DNA from: Candidatus Nomurabacteria bacterium
Lineage (GTDB): Bacteria; Patescibacteriota; Minisyncoccia; Phycocordibacterales; CALRBL01
Length of the DNA: 64,000 bases
Assembly: GCA_963834935.1 (NCBI GenBank)
Contig: CAWIDS010000003.1
Location: forward strand, 37,999-101,998
Direction of reading: 5' to 3'
Positions 55,227 through 64,000 of this stretch are shown piece by piece. Under the pieces are notes generated by a model. It was not told the DNA's origin and searched no databases. It saw only the letters and a program-made list of their open reading frames with translations. Position 1 is the first letter of the stretch, and every line of letters begins with the position of its first letter. Position numbers and translations under genes: made by a program.

Positions 55227-56480
55227 CTAATTTTTCAATAGCTGCGCGGCAGCTTCCATCTGCGGATCTCTTCCGGCGGCAATGTCATCGGCAGTAATGT
55301 CGACTGGAAGATCAGGAGTGAGGCCACCGTCCGAGATGGATTTTCCGCTCGGGGTCAGCCATCGGGCAACAGTCACTTTCAAGGCGGTATCGGGGGTGAT
55401 GTTGATGAGTTCCTGGACCGAACCTTTTCCGAATGATTTGGTTCCAACCAATTTCGCCTTGCCGTATTCGCTCAAGGCGCCAGCGAGAATTTCTGATGCA
55501 GACGCCGAACCTCCGTTTATGAGGATAGCGAATTTCAGATTATTATTAAAGATATCATAGCCCTTGCTTCGGGAAATATCCTCAGGCTTTCCGGGTCCGT
55601 AATTCTCCCTGACCACTACCTGGCCTTCAGGCAGGAACCAGCTTGCGATATCAACTGCAGCATCAAGATATCCTCCGGGATTTCCTCGAAGGTCGAGGAT
55701 GAGCTTGTTTGATTTGGAGAGCACGAATTGCCGTAGGGCGTCTCTGAAGAGAACAGGGGAATCGGCGGTGAAGGTGTAAAGGCTGATGACGAATACTCCG
55801 TCCGGCCGCATAGTCGTATCGATAGTCGGAATATTGATAACATCACGAACGATCTTCACATCAAAAGGCTTGTCTTGGCCTCGCTGGATGGTCAAGTCGA
55901 CTGCTGTTCCCTTGGGACCTTTGATGAGATTGATGGCTTCGTCCACTGAGATGCCTGCTGCAACGGTATTATCGATCTTGATGATCTTATCGCCCGGCTG
56001 TATGCCTGCGCGCTCTGCCGGAGTTCCTTTGAGAGCGGAAATGACAGTCAGGATATTATTATTGATACCCACTTCCATTCCGACGCCATCGAAATTGCCG
56101 CTGATCTCGTCCTGGAAATCCTGCGACTCCTGCGGCGTGAAGAATACAGTGTACGGATCTCCGAGAGAGGCAGTCATTCCTTTGATAGCTCCGTAAACGC
56201 GGTCTTGGTCGCTGACTGATTCAGCGCTCGTGGTGGCAGTAGAGCTTGAAATGCCGTGAGTCTTCACATATTTGTCATCAAGGATGTTCCAAACTTTCCA
56301 GAAGATAGAGAAATCGATGTCAGACGGCTTTCCCAGATCCTTGTTCTCGATATTGGCCGTGGTATCGACTGCCAGATGGGATTGAAGTCCGACGTATGTC
56401 CCTATAAAAAAAGAGCCTGTGACCACCATCACTGCCACTATGATCACTCCCACCTTCGAAAGAAATTTATTTTTATGCAT
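55227..56480 (-). CDS. ctpA: Carboxyl-terminal processing protease (S41 family), membrane-anchored
   Basis: PDZ domain; LILDLRGNPGGYLDAAVDIASWFL; catalytic Ser/Lys region. Start at the ATG (MHKNKFL). Confidence 0.85.
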   Translation of the reverse strand: MHKNKFLSKVGVIIVAVMVVTGSFFIGTYVGLQSHLAVDTTANIENKDLGKPSDIDFSIFWKVWNILDDKYVKTHGISSSTATTSAESVSDQDRVYGAIKGMTASLGDPYTVFFTPQESQDFQDEISGNFDGVGMEVGINNNILTVISALKGTPAERAGIQPGDKIIKIDNTVAAGISVDEAINLIKGPKGTAVDLTIQRGQDKPFDVKIVRDVINIPTIDTTMRPDGVFVISLYTFTADSPVLFRDALRQFVLSKSNKLILDLRGNPGGYLDAAVDIASWFLPEGQVVVRENYGPGKPEDISRSKGYDIFNNNLKFAILINGGSASASEILAGALSEYGKAKLVGTKSFGKGSVQELINITPDTALKVTVARWLTPSGKSISDGGLTPDLPVDITADDIAAGRDPQMEAAAQLLKN

Positions 56481-56523
56481 GTAGGTACAGTATCTCAAAA
56501 TAGTGTATAATTGTAAAATTAAA

Positions 56524-57777
56524 ATGGAACTGGAAAAAGACGTCATCGCGTATTTACAAAAGCTCGGACCTGGTCTGATCACCGGAGCGGCTGACGATGA
56601 CCCTTCGGGAATCGCTACTTACTCCCAGGCCGGAGCCCAGAAAGGCTTCGGCTACCTGTGGGTCGCGCTCTTCTCTCTTCCTTTCATGGTAGTTGCCCAG
56701 GAAATGTGCGGACGTATCGGCATCGTCACTGACAAAGGCCTTGCAGCGAACATCCGCGAGCATTTTCCGGAATGGCTACTGCTTTTCATCACAGGAATAC
56801 TTTTCGCGGCCAATGCTTTTAATATCGGAGCCGATCTCGGTGCGATGGCTGAAGTGACCAGACTCCTCGCGCCCGCTCTTCCCTTTGCGTTGCTCGTCAT
56901 CGCTTTCACCTTGCTGAGCCTTTACCTGATGATATTCCTGACGTACAAGACCTACACTCGCTATCTGAAGTGGCTGTCGTTCATCCTTTTCACATACATC
57001 ATCACCGCATTCAGCATCCGCCTGCCATGGAAAGAGATCCTTTACAGCACTTTCGTTCCTCATATTGCATTCAATAATGACAGCTTGCTTCTCATTTCAG
57101 CGGTGCTTGGCACAACTATCTCACCCTATCTTTTCTTCTGGCAGACTTCGCAGGAAATCGAAGAGAAGAATCTCAGATCAGCTATTCCTGAGCCGGCTTC
57201 AAGAGACGAGATCAGAAACATGCGCTTCGACACGTGGACAGGAATGTCCATCTCAAATATTGTCATGTTCTTCATCATTACCGTCTGCGCCGCCACTCTT
57301 TTCAGCCATGGCATTACCAACATAAACACCGCGGCTGATGCCGCTGCCGCGCTCAAGCCGCTTGCAGGCAATGCGGCATATTTCCTCTTCGCCCTCGGCG
57401 TCATCGGCGCAGGCCTTCTGGCAGTTCCTGTCCTCGCAGGCTCGTCGTCCTATGCTCTTTCCGAAACTCTCCGTTGGAAGCTTGGCCTGTACCGTAAGAT
57501 GCATGAGGCATATGCTTTTTATGGAGTAATCATCGTTTCGGTTCTCATCGGCCTTTCGCTAAACTTCGTCGGCCTTGATCCAATAAAAGCGCTCATCTAC
57601 TCGGCAGTGGCCAACTGCCTGGTCGCTCCTATCGCGCTCATCTTCGTAGTGAGCCTGAGCAGCAGCAAGAAAATAATGGGAGAATATGCCAACGGCTGGC
57701 TGACAAATGTCCTTGGCTGGTTGACTATTCTCATAATGATCGTTGCGGGCATCGCGACCCTTGTGAGCCTGCTCTGA
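56524..57777 (+). CDS. mntH: Nramp-family divalent metal (Mn2+/Fe2+) transporter
   Basis: DPSGIATYSQAG (DPGN-type) motif and 11 transmembrane helices; start at the ATG (MELEKDV). Confidence 0.85.
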   Translation: MELEKDVIAYLQKLGPGLITGAADDDPSGIATYSQAGAQKGFGYLWVALFSLPFMVVAQEMCGRIGIVTDKGLAANIREHFPEWLLLFITGILFAANAFNIGADLGAMAEVTRLLAPALPFALLVIAFTLLSLYLMIFLTYKTYTRYLKWLSFILFTYIITAFSIRLPWKEILYSTFVPHIAFNNDSLLLISAVLGTTISPYLFFWQTSQEIEEKNLRSAIPEPASRDEIRNMRFDTWTGMSISNIVMFFIITVCAATLFSHGITNINTAADAAAALKPLAGNAAYFLFALGVIGAGLLAVPVLAGSSSYALSETLRWKLGLYRKMHEAYAFYGVIIVSVLIGLSLNFVGLDPIKALIYSAVANCLVAPIALIFVVSLSSSKKIMGEYANGWLTNVLGWLTILIMIVAGIATLVSLL

Positions 57778-57798
57778 TTCGGGGTAAGATGAACGGAC

Positions 57799-59154
57799 AT
57801 GGCAACGCGCATACCTCCTCAAAACATCGATTCTGAAAAAGCATTCCTCGGCTCAATCATGCTGAAGCCCGACAGCATGAATGATATTTTCGATATCATA
57901 AATTCCCAATCGTTCTACGCCGAAAGGCATCGCAATATCTACATCGCCATGGGCGAGCTCTTCCAGAGACAGGAACCGATCGACATCATTTCCCTTTCAT
58001 CGAAGCTCAAGGAAAAAGGCATCATCGACCAAGTCGGCGGAGGAAGCTATCTCGCCGAGCTTGTGAACTTCGTGCCATCTGCGGCAAACCTCACATACTA
58101 CGCAGACATCATCAGAAAAAAGCACATCATGCGCAACCTCATCGAGGCCGGAGAGCATGTGGCTCATCTTGGCTACAATGAAAGCGGCGAGATGGAAGAG
58201 ATTCTCGACCAGGCGGAAAAGAAGATGTTCGAAGTGACTAATTTCTCCTCGACCAACAAATTCATCGAATTGAAAGATACTCTCGGGGACGCATGGGAAC
58301 GCATCGACAAGCTCCACAAGAATCAACATGAGCTCCGCGGCGTGCCGACCGGCTTCCGCGAGCTTGATGACAAGCTTCTAGGCTTCCAGAAATCCGACCT
58401 CATCATCCTCGCTGCCCGGCCTTCCATGGGTAAGACTTCCCTTGCCTTGGACATTGCCCGCAAGACCGCCATCCAGAACAATATACCAGTCGCTATCTTC
58501 TCCCTTGAAATGAGCGCGGCGCAGCTTGTCGACCGAATGCTTGCTGCCGAATCAAACGTCGACTCATGGAAGCTCCGCACCGGCCACGACCTCTCAATCG
58601 AAGATGACTTCATCCGCATCCGAGACGCCATGGACAAGCTGTCCAAAGCCCCTATCTTCATCGACGACCAGCCAGGAAACAATATCCTCAAGATGCGTTC
58701 CATCGCCCGTCGCTTGAAAAATGAGAAAGGTCTCGGCCTGATCATCGTTGACTATCTCCAGCTCATGGCTCCCGTGCAGACGAAGAATTCCGACAGCATG
58801 GTCAACCAGATCACCGAGATTTCCAAGTCGCTCAAGAATCTTGCCCGCGAGCTCGATGTTCCGGTGATAGCCCTTTCGCAGCTCAACCGTGCCGTCGAAG
58901 CTCGCGGAGGCGAACCGCGACTTTCGGATCTTCGAGATTCAGGTTCTATCGAGCAAGATGCCGATGTCGTCATGTTCATCCACCGCGAAGACAAATACAA
59001 CAAGGAGTCGGATCGTCCGAACATCGCCCGCATCATGATCGAGAAGCACCGAAACGGTCCCACCGGCGTCGCCGAGCTTTACTTCAATGCCCAGAAGACT
59101 ACCTTCCAGAGCATCGACAAAAGCCAGCACGGAGGCGACTTCGGCGCATTTTAA
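57799..59154 (+). CDS. dnaB: Replicative DNA helicase
   Basis: N-terminal domain; Walker A ARPSMGKTS; SQLNRAVE...; H4 motifs. Confidence 0.95.
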   Translation: MATRIPPQNIDSEKAFLGSIMLKPDSMNDIFDIINSQSFYAERHRNIYIAMGELFQRQEPIDIISLSSKLKEKGIIDQVGGGSYLAELVNFVPSAANLTYYADIIRKKHIMRNLIEAGEHVAHLGYNESGEMEEILDQAEKKMFEVTNFSSTNKFIELKDTLGDAWERIDKLHKNQHELRGVPTGFRELDDKLLGFQKSDLIILAARPSMGKTSLALDIARKTAIQNNIPVAIFSLEMSAAQLVDRMLAAESNVDSWKLRTGHDLSIEDDFIRIRDAMDKLSKAPIFIDDQPGNNILKMRSIARRLKNEKGLGLIIVDYLQLMAPVQTKNSDSMVNQITEISKSLKNLARELDVPVIALSQLNRAVEARGGEPRLSDLRDSGSIEQDADVVMFIHREDKYNKESDRPNIARIMIEKHRNGPTGVAELYFNAQKTTFQSIDKSQHGGDFGAF

Positions 59155-59163
59155 AATTACGAT

Positions 59164-59790
59164 TTGTCTACGACCATGGACCCCATCGACCATCTCTCAC
59201 ATCTTTTAAATGAACTTCCAGGAATCGGCCCTCGGCAAGCGAAACGCCTTGCCTATTTTCTCATTTTGAAATCACAGGAATTCAACGAAGAGCTTTCTGA
59301 TACTATCCGCGAAGTAAAGCTCGGCATCTCCAATTGCACATCCTGCTGCCGCTACATCAGCAAAAAAAATCTTGTCAGTGGACTGTGCTCTATCTGCCGC
59401 GACCAGACCCGCGACCGGAGCCTACTGATGATCGTCTCACGCGATGTCGATCTCCAAAGCATGGAGCGAAGTGGCCTTTTCAAGGGATACTATTTCGTCC
59501 TCGGCGGAAGCGTGCCGGTGCTCGACAAGGCTCCACAGGATTCGATCAGGCTCAAAGAGCTCATCTCTAAGATCGACAAGGAAAAAGAAAACCTGAAGGA
59601 GATAATCCTTGCTCACAACCAGAACCCAGAAGGCGAACACACTGCCCGCGTCATTTCAGAAGCTCTTGATGACCTCAAGGCAGCTGCACAATTCAAGATC
59701 TCCCATCTCGGTCGCGGCCTTTCGACAGGGACCGAGCTCGAATACTCCGACAATGAAACATTGCGCAATGCCTTGAAAAATCGCGGATAG
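59164..59790 (+). CDS. recR: Recombination protein RecR
   Basis: HhH (LPGIGPRQAKRLAYFL), C4 zinc finger (CTSCC...CSIC) and Toprim domain. Confidence 0.9.
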   Translation: MSTTMDPIDHLSHLLNELPGIGPRQAKRLAYFLILKSQEFNEELSDTIREVKLGISNCTSCCRYISKKNLVSGLCSICRDQTRDRSLLMIVSRDVDLQSMERSGLFKGYYFVLGGSVPVLDKAPQDSIRLKELISKIDKEKENLKEIILAHNQNPEGEHTARVISEALDDLKAAAQFKISHLGRGLSTGTELEYSDNETLRNALKNRG

Positions 59791-59825
59791 TAAGCTACGA
59801 TAGCGGCGATTGTACCTTCTTATTT

Positions 59826-60212
59826 ATGAATACCAAAGCCCTACTCGAAAGCCTCGACACACTGCGGGAATTCCTGCAATGGGTCTTCGAAAGCAAGAAC
59901 ATCGGAAACATCCAAATTCCCTATATCGAGAACACTCTGATTTCCCGCCCTCTGAAAGGCGTTGAAGAAGCTCCGGCTGACGAGGATTTTTTCCTCAACG
60001 AAACGGAGTGCAACCACCGTCATTTCCATTGGACAATGAACCGCATGATCAACCTCTATCTCGCACAATACAGGTTCACGTGCAGCGAGGACGAAACTGT
60101 GACCACCGGTGCTCGGACATTCCTGTCGGAAAGAAATAACCCTCACGCAATTGCTGTCACCTACACGATCCGTCATTGCGGCCAAGTGCAGGTCACCTTG
60201 CAAAAGGTCTAA
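59826..60212 (+). CDS. Hypothetical protein (128 aa)
   Basis: ORF followed by a terminator; the overlapping antisense ORF is rejected. Confidence 0.45.
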   Translation: MNTKALLESLDTLREFLQWVFESKNIGNIQIPYIENTLISRPLKGVEEAPADEDFFLNETECNHRHFHWTMNRMINLYLAQYRFTCSEDETVTTGARTFLSERNNPHAIAVTYTIRHCGQVQVTLQKV

Positions 60213-60232
60213 CATGAGATGCTTCTCCCGAC

Positions 60233-60262
60233 CCGCTTCCTACATAGGCAGCGGTTTTTTAT
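60233..60262 (+). terminator. Rho-independent terminator
   Basis: ccgct-(12 nt)-agcgg followed by ttttttatt. Confidence 0.5.
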
Positions 60263-60278
60263 TGCAAATTTTCGTCAC

Positions 60279-60301
60279 AAAAAAACTCAGGTTTCCCTGA
60301 G
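60279..60301 (-). terminator. Rho-independent terminator of rplU
   Basis: Minus strand: ctcagg-gaaa-cctgag followed by ttttttt. Confidence 0.6.
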
Positions 60302-60308
60302 CCTTTCC

Positions 60309-60617
60309 TTATTTGATGGTAACTTTGGTGTGAGGCTGCTTGTGGCCGTTCTTCTTGAAGTAGCGCGATTTCTGCTTGTATTTGATGACAACTACTTTTT
60401 TGTTTCGTCCTTGTTCCTCGAATGAGGCGGTGACAGTGGCGCCTTCCACGTAGGGAGTTCCGATGGTAGTCTTTCCGGCCTTCTCTACAAGAAGAATCTT
60501 GTCAAAGACAATCTCATCGCCTTTCTTGAAGTCACCAGTGAGCTTCTCAACCTTGAGAACGTCGCCTGAAGCGACTTTGTATTGCTTTCCGCCTGTCTGA
60601 ATGATGCTAAAATCCAT
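60309..60617 (-). CDS. rplU: 50S ribosomal protein L21
   Basis: FSIIQTGGKQYKVASGDVLKVEKL. Confidence 0.9.
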   Translation of the reverse strand: MDFSIIQTGGKQYKVASGDVLKVEKLTGDFKKGDEIVFDKILLVEKAGKTTIGTPYVEGATVTASFEEQGRNKKVVVIKYKQKSRYFKKNGHKQPHTKVTIK

Positions 60618-60643
60618 AGTCCAGCCATATTACAAGAATATGG

Positions 60644-61717
60644 CTAAGAATGCAAATCCTCCTGTTCCGGCTTGTCTACAGCCTCGATACCAAGCTCTAT
60701 CGACACCCCGTTTATCCTGACCATATCCTTGTCTATCTTCTTGAATTCCTTGGAAGAATCGTTGTATTGACCAACTACAGTCTTCAGCGAATTACCCATT
60801 TTCGAGTGAAATTCCTCGTAAGTTTTGAGGTGTTTCTGAAGGTTTTCAACATTCTTGCGGATTTCCTTGGCGGACTCCTCGATCTGAAGGGCTTTCAGGC
60901 CTTGAAGGACGGTCTGGAGGTAGGCAAGAAATGACGTCGGCGAAACGATGATGACGTGATATTTAGAAGCGGCCCGCTGGATAAGGTTCTCATTCTCGTC
61001 ATCTTTGAGTGCGCCGATCTTGTTGATAAGCAAGTCATAATAGATGGCTTCATGTGGAATGAACATGAAAGCAAAGTCGAGGGTCCCTTTGTTCGGCTGG
61101 ATATATTTCGAAGTCTCGCTGATGCGTGTTTTCAAGTCGTTGACAAAGACGGTCTCAAGGCGCTTCTTTTCTGCGGGATCACGCTCCTCGACGACGCGAT
61201 TATAATTTTCAAGCGAGAATTTCGAATCGATAGGTATGATTTTATCCTTGACGAAGACGACCGCATCGACGATCAGATCCTTTCCGCCTTCGCTTTCGCC
61301 GAGCTGGTATTGCATCTCGAAACTGCCAGGGGGCAGGACATTCTTGAGCAAGGTCTCAAGATAATATTCACCGATGATGCCGCGCTGCTTCGGATTCTTC
61401 AGGATGTCCTGAAGCGACTGGAGCTGATCAGCAAAAGAAACTACCTGTTTGTTGGTCTCATCAAGGCGCGTCAATTTTTCGGTAATGTCCTGGATGATGC
61501 GAACGGAATTGTTCGACTGGTGAAGCAGCGTGGCCTGGATATTCTTTGAGGATTCGCCAAGCTTGGCATCGACTGTCCGTGAAAGCTCATTGATCTGATT
61601 CAGAAGGAGCTCTATGGCTCGCGAATCATCCCGAACTTCCGTCTTCTTAGTGCGAAGATAGATAACGATGGCTAAAACGGCTATTCCGAGCAGCAAAATG
61701 AGGGAGTTTGAATTCAT
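60644..61717 (-). CDS. rmuC: DNA recombination protein RmuC
   Basis: N-terminal transmembrane helix, a long coiled-coil and the C-terminal RmuC nuclease-like core (FAFMFIPHEAIYY). Confidence 0.85.
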   Translation of the reverse strand: MNSNSLILLLGIAVLAIVIYLRTKKTEVRDDSRAIELLLNQINELSRTVDAKLGESSKNIQATLLHQSNNSVRIIQDITEKLTRLDETNKQVVSFADQLQSLQDILKNPKQRGIIGEYYLETLLKNVLPPGSFEMQYQLGESEGGKDLIVDAVVFVKDKIIPIDSKFSLENYNRVVEERDPAEKKRLETVFVNDLKTRISETSKYIQPNKGTLDFAFMFIPHEAIYYDLLINKIGALKDDENENLIQRAASKYHVIIVSPTSFLAYLQTVLQGLKALQIEESAKEIRKNVENLQKHLKTYEEFHSKMGNSLKTVVGQYNDSSKEFKKIDKDMVRINGVSIELGIEAVDKPEQEDLHS

Positions 61718-61760
61718 ATCGCTTTGTATTATACTACATTAACTAACATTCGCTCAAAAC

Positions 61761-62210
61761 ATGCTACACCAACAAATCAAAGCCAGCTTGAAAGAAGCCA
61801 TGCTCGCCAAAGACGAAGTCAGACTTTCCGTCGTGCGAGGACTGCTCACCTCTTTCACCAACGAGCTCGTCTCCAAGGGCAAGAAGCCGCAGGACGAGCT
61901 ATCAGATGACGAAGCGCTTGCCGTCATCAGCCGCGCGGTCAAGCAGCGAAAAGACTCGATCAAGCAATTCACCGACGGCGGCCGGCCCGAGCTTGCCGAA
62001 AGCGAGCAAGCGGAACTCACTGTCCTCCAAGCGTATCTCCCCGCCCAAATGTCGGAAGACGAAGTCAGAAAAATCGTCGAAGCGAAGAAAGCCGAGCTCG
62101 GTATCACGGATAAGACTGGCGCGGGAAATCTCATGAAAGCTACAATGGCTGAACTGAAAGGAAAAACCGACGGCAACGTGGTCAAGAAGATAGTAGACAA
62201 CCTGTTTTAA
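61761..62210 (+). CDS. yqeY: GatB/YqeY domain protein
   Basis: IKASLKEAMLAKDEVRLSVVRGLLTS. Confidence 0.85.
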   Translation: MLHQQIKASLKEAMLAKDEVRLSVVRGLLTSFTNELVSKGKKPQDELSDDEALAVISRAVKQRKDSIKQFTDGGRPELAESEQAELTVLQAYLPAQMSEDEVRKIVEAKKAELGITDKTGAGNLMKATMAELKGKTDGNVVKKIVDNLF

Positions 62211-62213
62211 AAC

Positions 62214-63233
62214 ATGAAGATAAAGAAGATATATCTCTATTCGGCGATAATATTTTCAATCATAGTCGGAGGAGCGTTGGGCTATTTCGGAAGAAGCTTC
62301 ATTGGCACCGGCACGACCGCTGGCACATCAGTAAAATCAGGAGAAGTCAGAGTGAATTCGCCAGAATACAAATTCATAAATCCTATAGTCTTTCTGGACA
62401 ATGACCAGAGGATATACAACGAATACAATTCACTAGACAAGTCTCTCAATTCATATATCCAATCCGAAGAGAACAATAAGGACGTAAGCTCCGTTTCGGT
62501 CTATTACCGAGACCTCAATACCGGCCACTGGGCAGGAATCAATGAAGACCAGACATACGAGCCGTCGAGCATGCTCAAGGTCCTTGTGCTTCTCTCATAT
62601 TTGAAGCATGCCACTAACGATCCCTCCATTCTCACCCAACAGCTCGTCTATCATAAGAGCACAGATGACGCGCAGACATATTACAAGCCGGTAAACAGCC
62701 TAGTTGACGGGCATAGCTATATGGCCGAGGATCTTTTGCAAAACATGATTATAAGCTCGGACAATGGAGCCATGAATACCCTCGTGCCGAACATAACGCA
62801 TGACCTCAGTGACGCGTATAAGGCGCTGGAACTTCCGACCCCTCCCCTCAACGTGAATATCGTCAACGCCAACTTCATGTCGGCAAAATCATATTCACGT
62901 GTCTTCCGAACCCTTTATAACGGAACCTATCTTCCATGGAACCTTTCGGAACAGGCCCTCGAACTCCTTTCCCAGACCGATTTCAAAAACGGAATAAATG
63001 CCGGGGTGCCCGCGGACATGGTGGTATCACACAAATTCGGAGAGCACACCAACCTTCTCGCAAGCGGAACCGTCGACAGCCGCGAGCTTCATGACTGCGG
63101 AATCGTCTACTACCCGACTAATCCCTACCTCATCTGTATAATGACCAAGGGGCAAGAGTTTCCGAAGCTCGAAGGCGTTATCTCGAATATCTCAAAAATA
63201 ATTTACAATTACGTCAATAACGCCAATAAATAA
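62214..63233 (+). CDS. Class A beta-lactamase-related serine hydrolase, membrane-anchored
   Basis: SMLK (SxxK), SSDN (SDN) and HKFGE (KTG-like) motifs. Confidence 0.65.
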   Translation: MKIKKIYLYSAIIFSIIVGGALGYFGRSFIGTGTTAGTSVKSGEVRVNSPEYKFINPIVFLDNDQRIYNEYNSLDKSLNSYIQSEENNKDVSSVSVYYRDLNTGHWAGINEDQTYEPSSMLKVLVLLSYLKHATNDPSILTQQLVYHKSTDDAQTYYKPVNSLVDGHSYMAEDLLQNMIISSDNGAMNTLVPNITHDLSDAYKALELPTPPLNVNIVNANFMSAKSYSRVFRTLYNGTYLPWNLSEQALELLSQTDFKNGINAGVPADMVVSHKFGEHTNLLASGTVDSRELHDCGIVYYPTNPYLICIMTKGQEFPKLEGVISNISKIIYNYVNNANK

Positions 63234-63285
63234 GGATTGACTGCGGACGTGCGGAATGGTACTGTCTTGGCAGAAAATTTGAAAT

Positions 63286-63855
63286 ATGACCCCGATCACT
63301 ATTGGCGGATTATCCGCTACAGGCACGAGTACTGCCGCAAAAGTATTAGCTCAAACGCTCGGCTGGGGTGAAGCGCTGTCAGCCGGGACGCTAATGAGAA
63401 TGCAGGCGGCTGAAGCAGGTTTTGCAACCGTCGACGAATATCATCGCGCCATGCCCGAAAGGATAAAGACCGATGATCGTGCCATCGATGGCTGGATAAA
63501 AGGATTAGCCCGAAGCAAGAAGCCGTTCATCCTTGAAGCCAGGCTCGGGTGGTTTTTTCTTCCGAAGTCGTTTAAAGTCCTCCTTACTTGCCCGGATGCG
63601 ATCCGAGGAGAAAGAGGTCTTCAGCGCGACGCCAAGAAGTACAACCTCAAAACCCACCACGATGCTCTCTCCGCGCTCAACGCGCGTGACGAGAAAGACC
63701 TCATCCGCCTTCACAGCATCTACCACAAGATGGGTAGGTTCGATGACCCGACGAAATTCGACATGGTGATCGACTCTGGCGTGAACGACCCAGAGCAGAT
63801 TGCCTCTCTTATCATCGGCGAAATGTCCCGTCGCAACCTCCTCAGCGCAAGCTGA
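63286..63855 (+). CDS. Cytidylate kinase-like/P-loop kinase family protein
   Basis: N-terminal GGLSATGTST P-loop-like motif; weak assignment. Confidence 0.45.
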   Translation: MTPITIGGLSATGTSTAAKVLAQTLGWGEALSAGTLMRMQAAEAGFATVDEYHRAMPERIKTDDRAIDGWIKGLARSKKPFILEARLGWFFLPKSFKVLLTCPDAIRGERGLQRDAKKYNLKTHHDALSALNARDEKDLIRLHSIYHKMGRFDDPTKFDMVIDSGVNDPEQIASLIIGEMSRRNLLSAS

Positions 63856-63865
63856 GGTTTTTTAT
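63840..63865 (+). terminator. Rho-independent terminator overlapping the end of the CDS
   Basis: cctcagc-gcaa-gctgagg followed by ttttttatt. Confidence 0.6.
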
Positions 63866-63891
63866 TACAAAAGCTGAATAAGAAAATAAAT

Positions 63892-63918
63892 AAAAAAAAA
63901 CCGCACGCATTGCTGCGG
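63892..63918 (-). terminator. Candidate terminator for a minus-strand gene entering the window end
   Basis: A9 on the plus strand, then ccgca-cgcattgc-tgcgg; on the minus strand the hairpin is followed by a T9 run. Confidence 0.45.
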
Positions 63919-63947
63919 CGGCTGAATTGTGAGAAAAGAACGATGCT

Positions 63948-64000
63948 TCAACGATCAGGCATGCCGCGGATGGCAAGGCTGCTGTTGGAGAAACGGCTGT
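63948..64000 (-). CDS. 3' end of an unidentified minus-strand CDS (partial)
   Basis: Open frame ending ...SRFSNSSLAIRGMPDR with its stop at 63948-63950, directly upstream of the terminator. Confidence 0.25.
   Translation of the reverse strand, partial: SRFSNSSLAIRGMPDR

Noticed and set aside
59841-60215. Minus-strand 124-aa ORF antisense to the 59826-60212 ORF
   Set aside because: The plus-strand ORF is followed by a plus-strand terminator and continues the dnaB-recR gene string; the minus ORF has no signals.

Overview
This 64 kb window looks like a chromosomal segment of a small-genome bacterium at roughly 48% GC. Inference: its gene content and style resemble Patescibacteria/CPR, with many membrane-anchored hypothetical proteins, DUF5666 and Gmad2 proteins, a split transketolase and frequent leaderless genes. 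Most of it is housekeeping. It encodes leuS (N-terminal part, carrying an inserted Nudix domain), uvrB, tgt, an FKBP isomerase, eno, mreB, holB, xseAB, two ABC exporter halves plus an ABC-2 transporter, msrB, murF, lexA, tRNA-Gln, pheA, dnaX, the transketolase N-terminal subunit, rpe, rpiB, gap, gatB, ctpA, an Nramp transporter, dnaB, recR, rplU, rmuC and yqeY. An ECF-sigma-linked block contains a thermonuclease, the sigma factor, an anti-sigma candidate and a MacA/MacB-like efflux pump. The less ordinary pockets, with the SOS operon and the 29.4-33.6 kb block as my best candidates for an undescribed system, are: (1) A 1.1 kb gene-poor region (29434-30596) holds a consensus promoter, a leaderless 137-aa ORF, a 45-aa small membrane protein with a strong Shine-Dalgarno site, and about 340 nt of terminator-bounded non-coding sequence; it is followed by an AT-hook/AbrB-like protein gene, a small partner gene and a convergent Pif1-like helicase. 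(2) An autoregulated SOS operon whose promoter spacer is exactly a GAAC-N4-GTTC palindrome, driving a 68-aa ORF followed by lexA. (3) tRNA-Gln followed by direct and inverted copies of its own T-arm, a low-GC gene for a bacterial PH-like protein, a frameshifted ORF pair and an EVE-domain gene, which looks like a remnant integrated islet. (4) A recurring pattern in which an extended -10 element (TGnTATAAT or TGnTATACT) sits about six nt upstream of the ATG, implying widespread leaderless mRNAs. I found no CRISPR array, transposase, integrase or reverse transcriptase. Coordinates of starts, hairpins and motifs were derived by hand and may be off by a few nucleotides.
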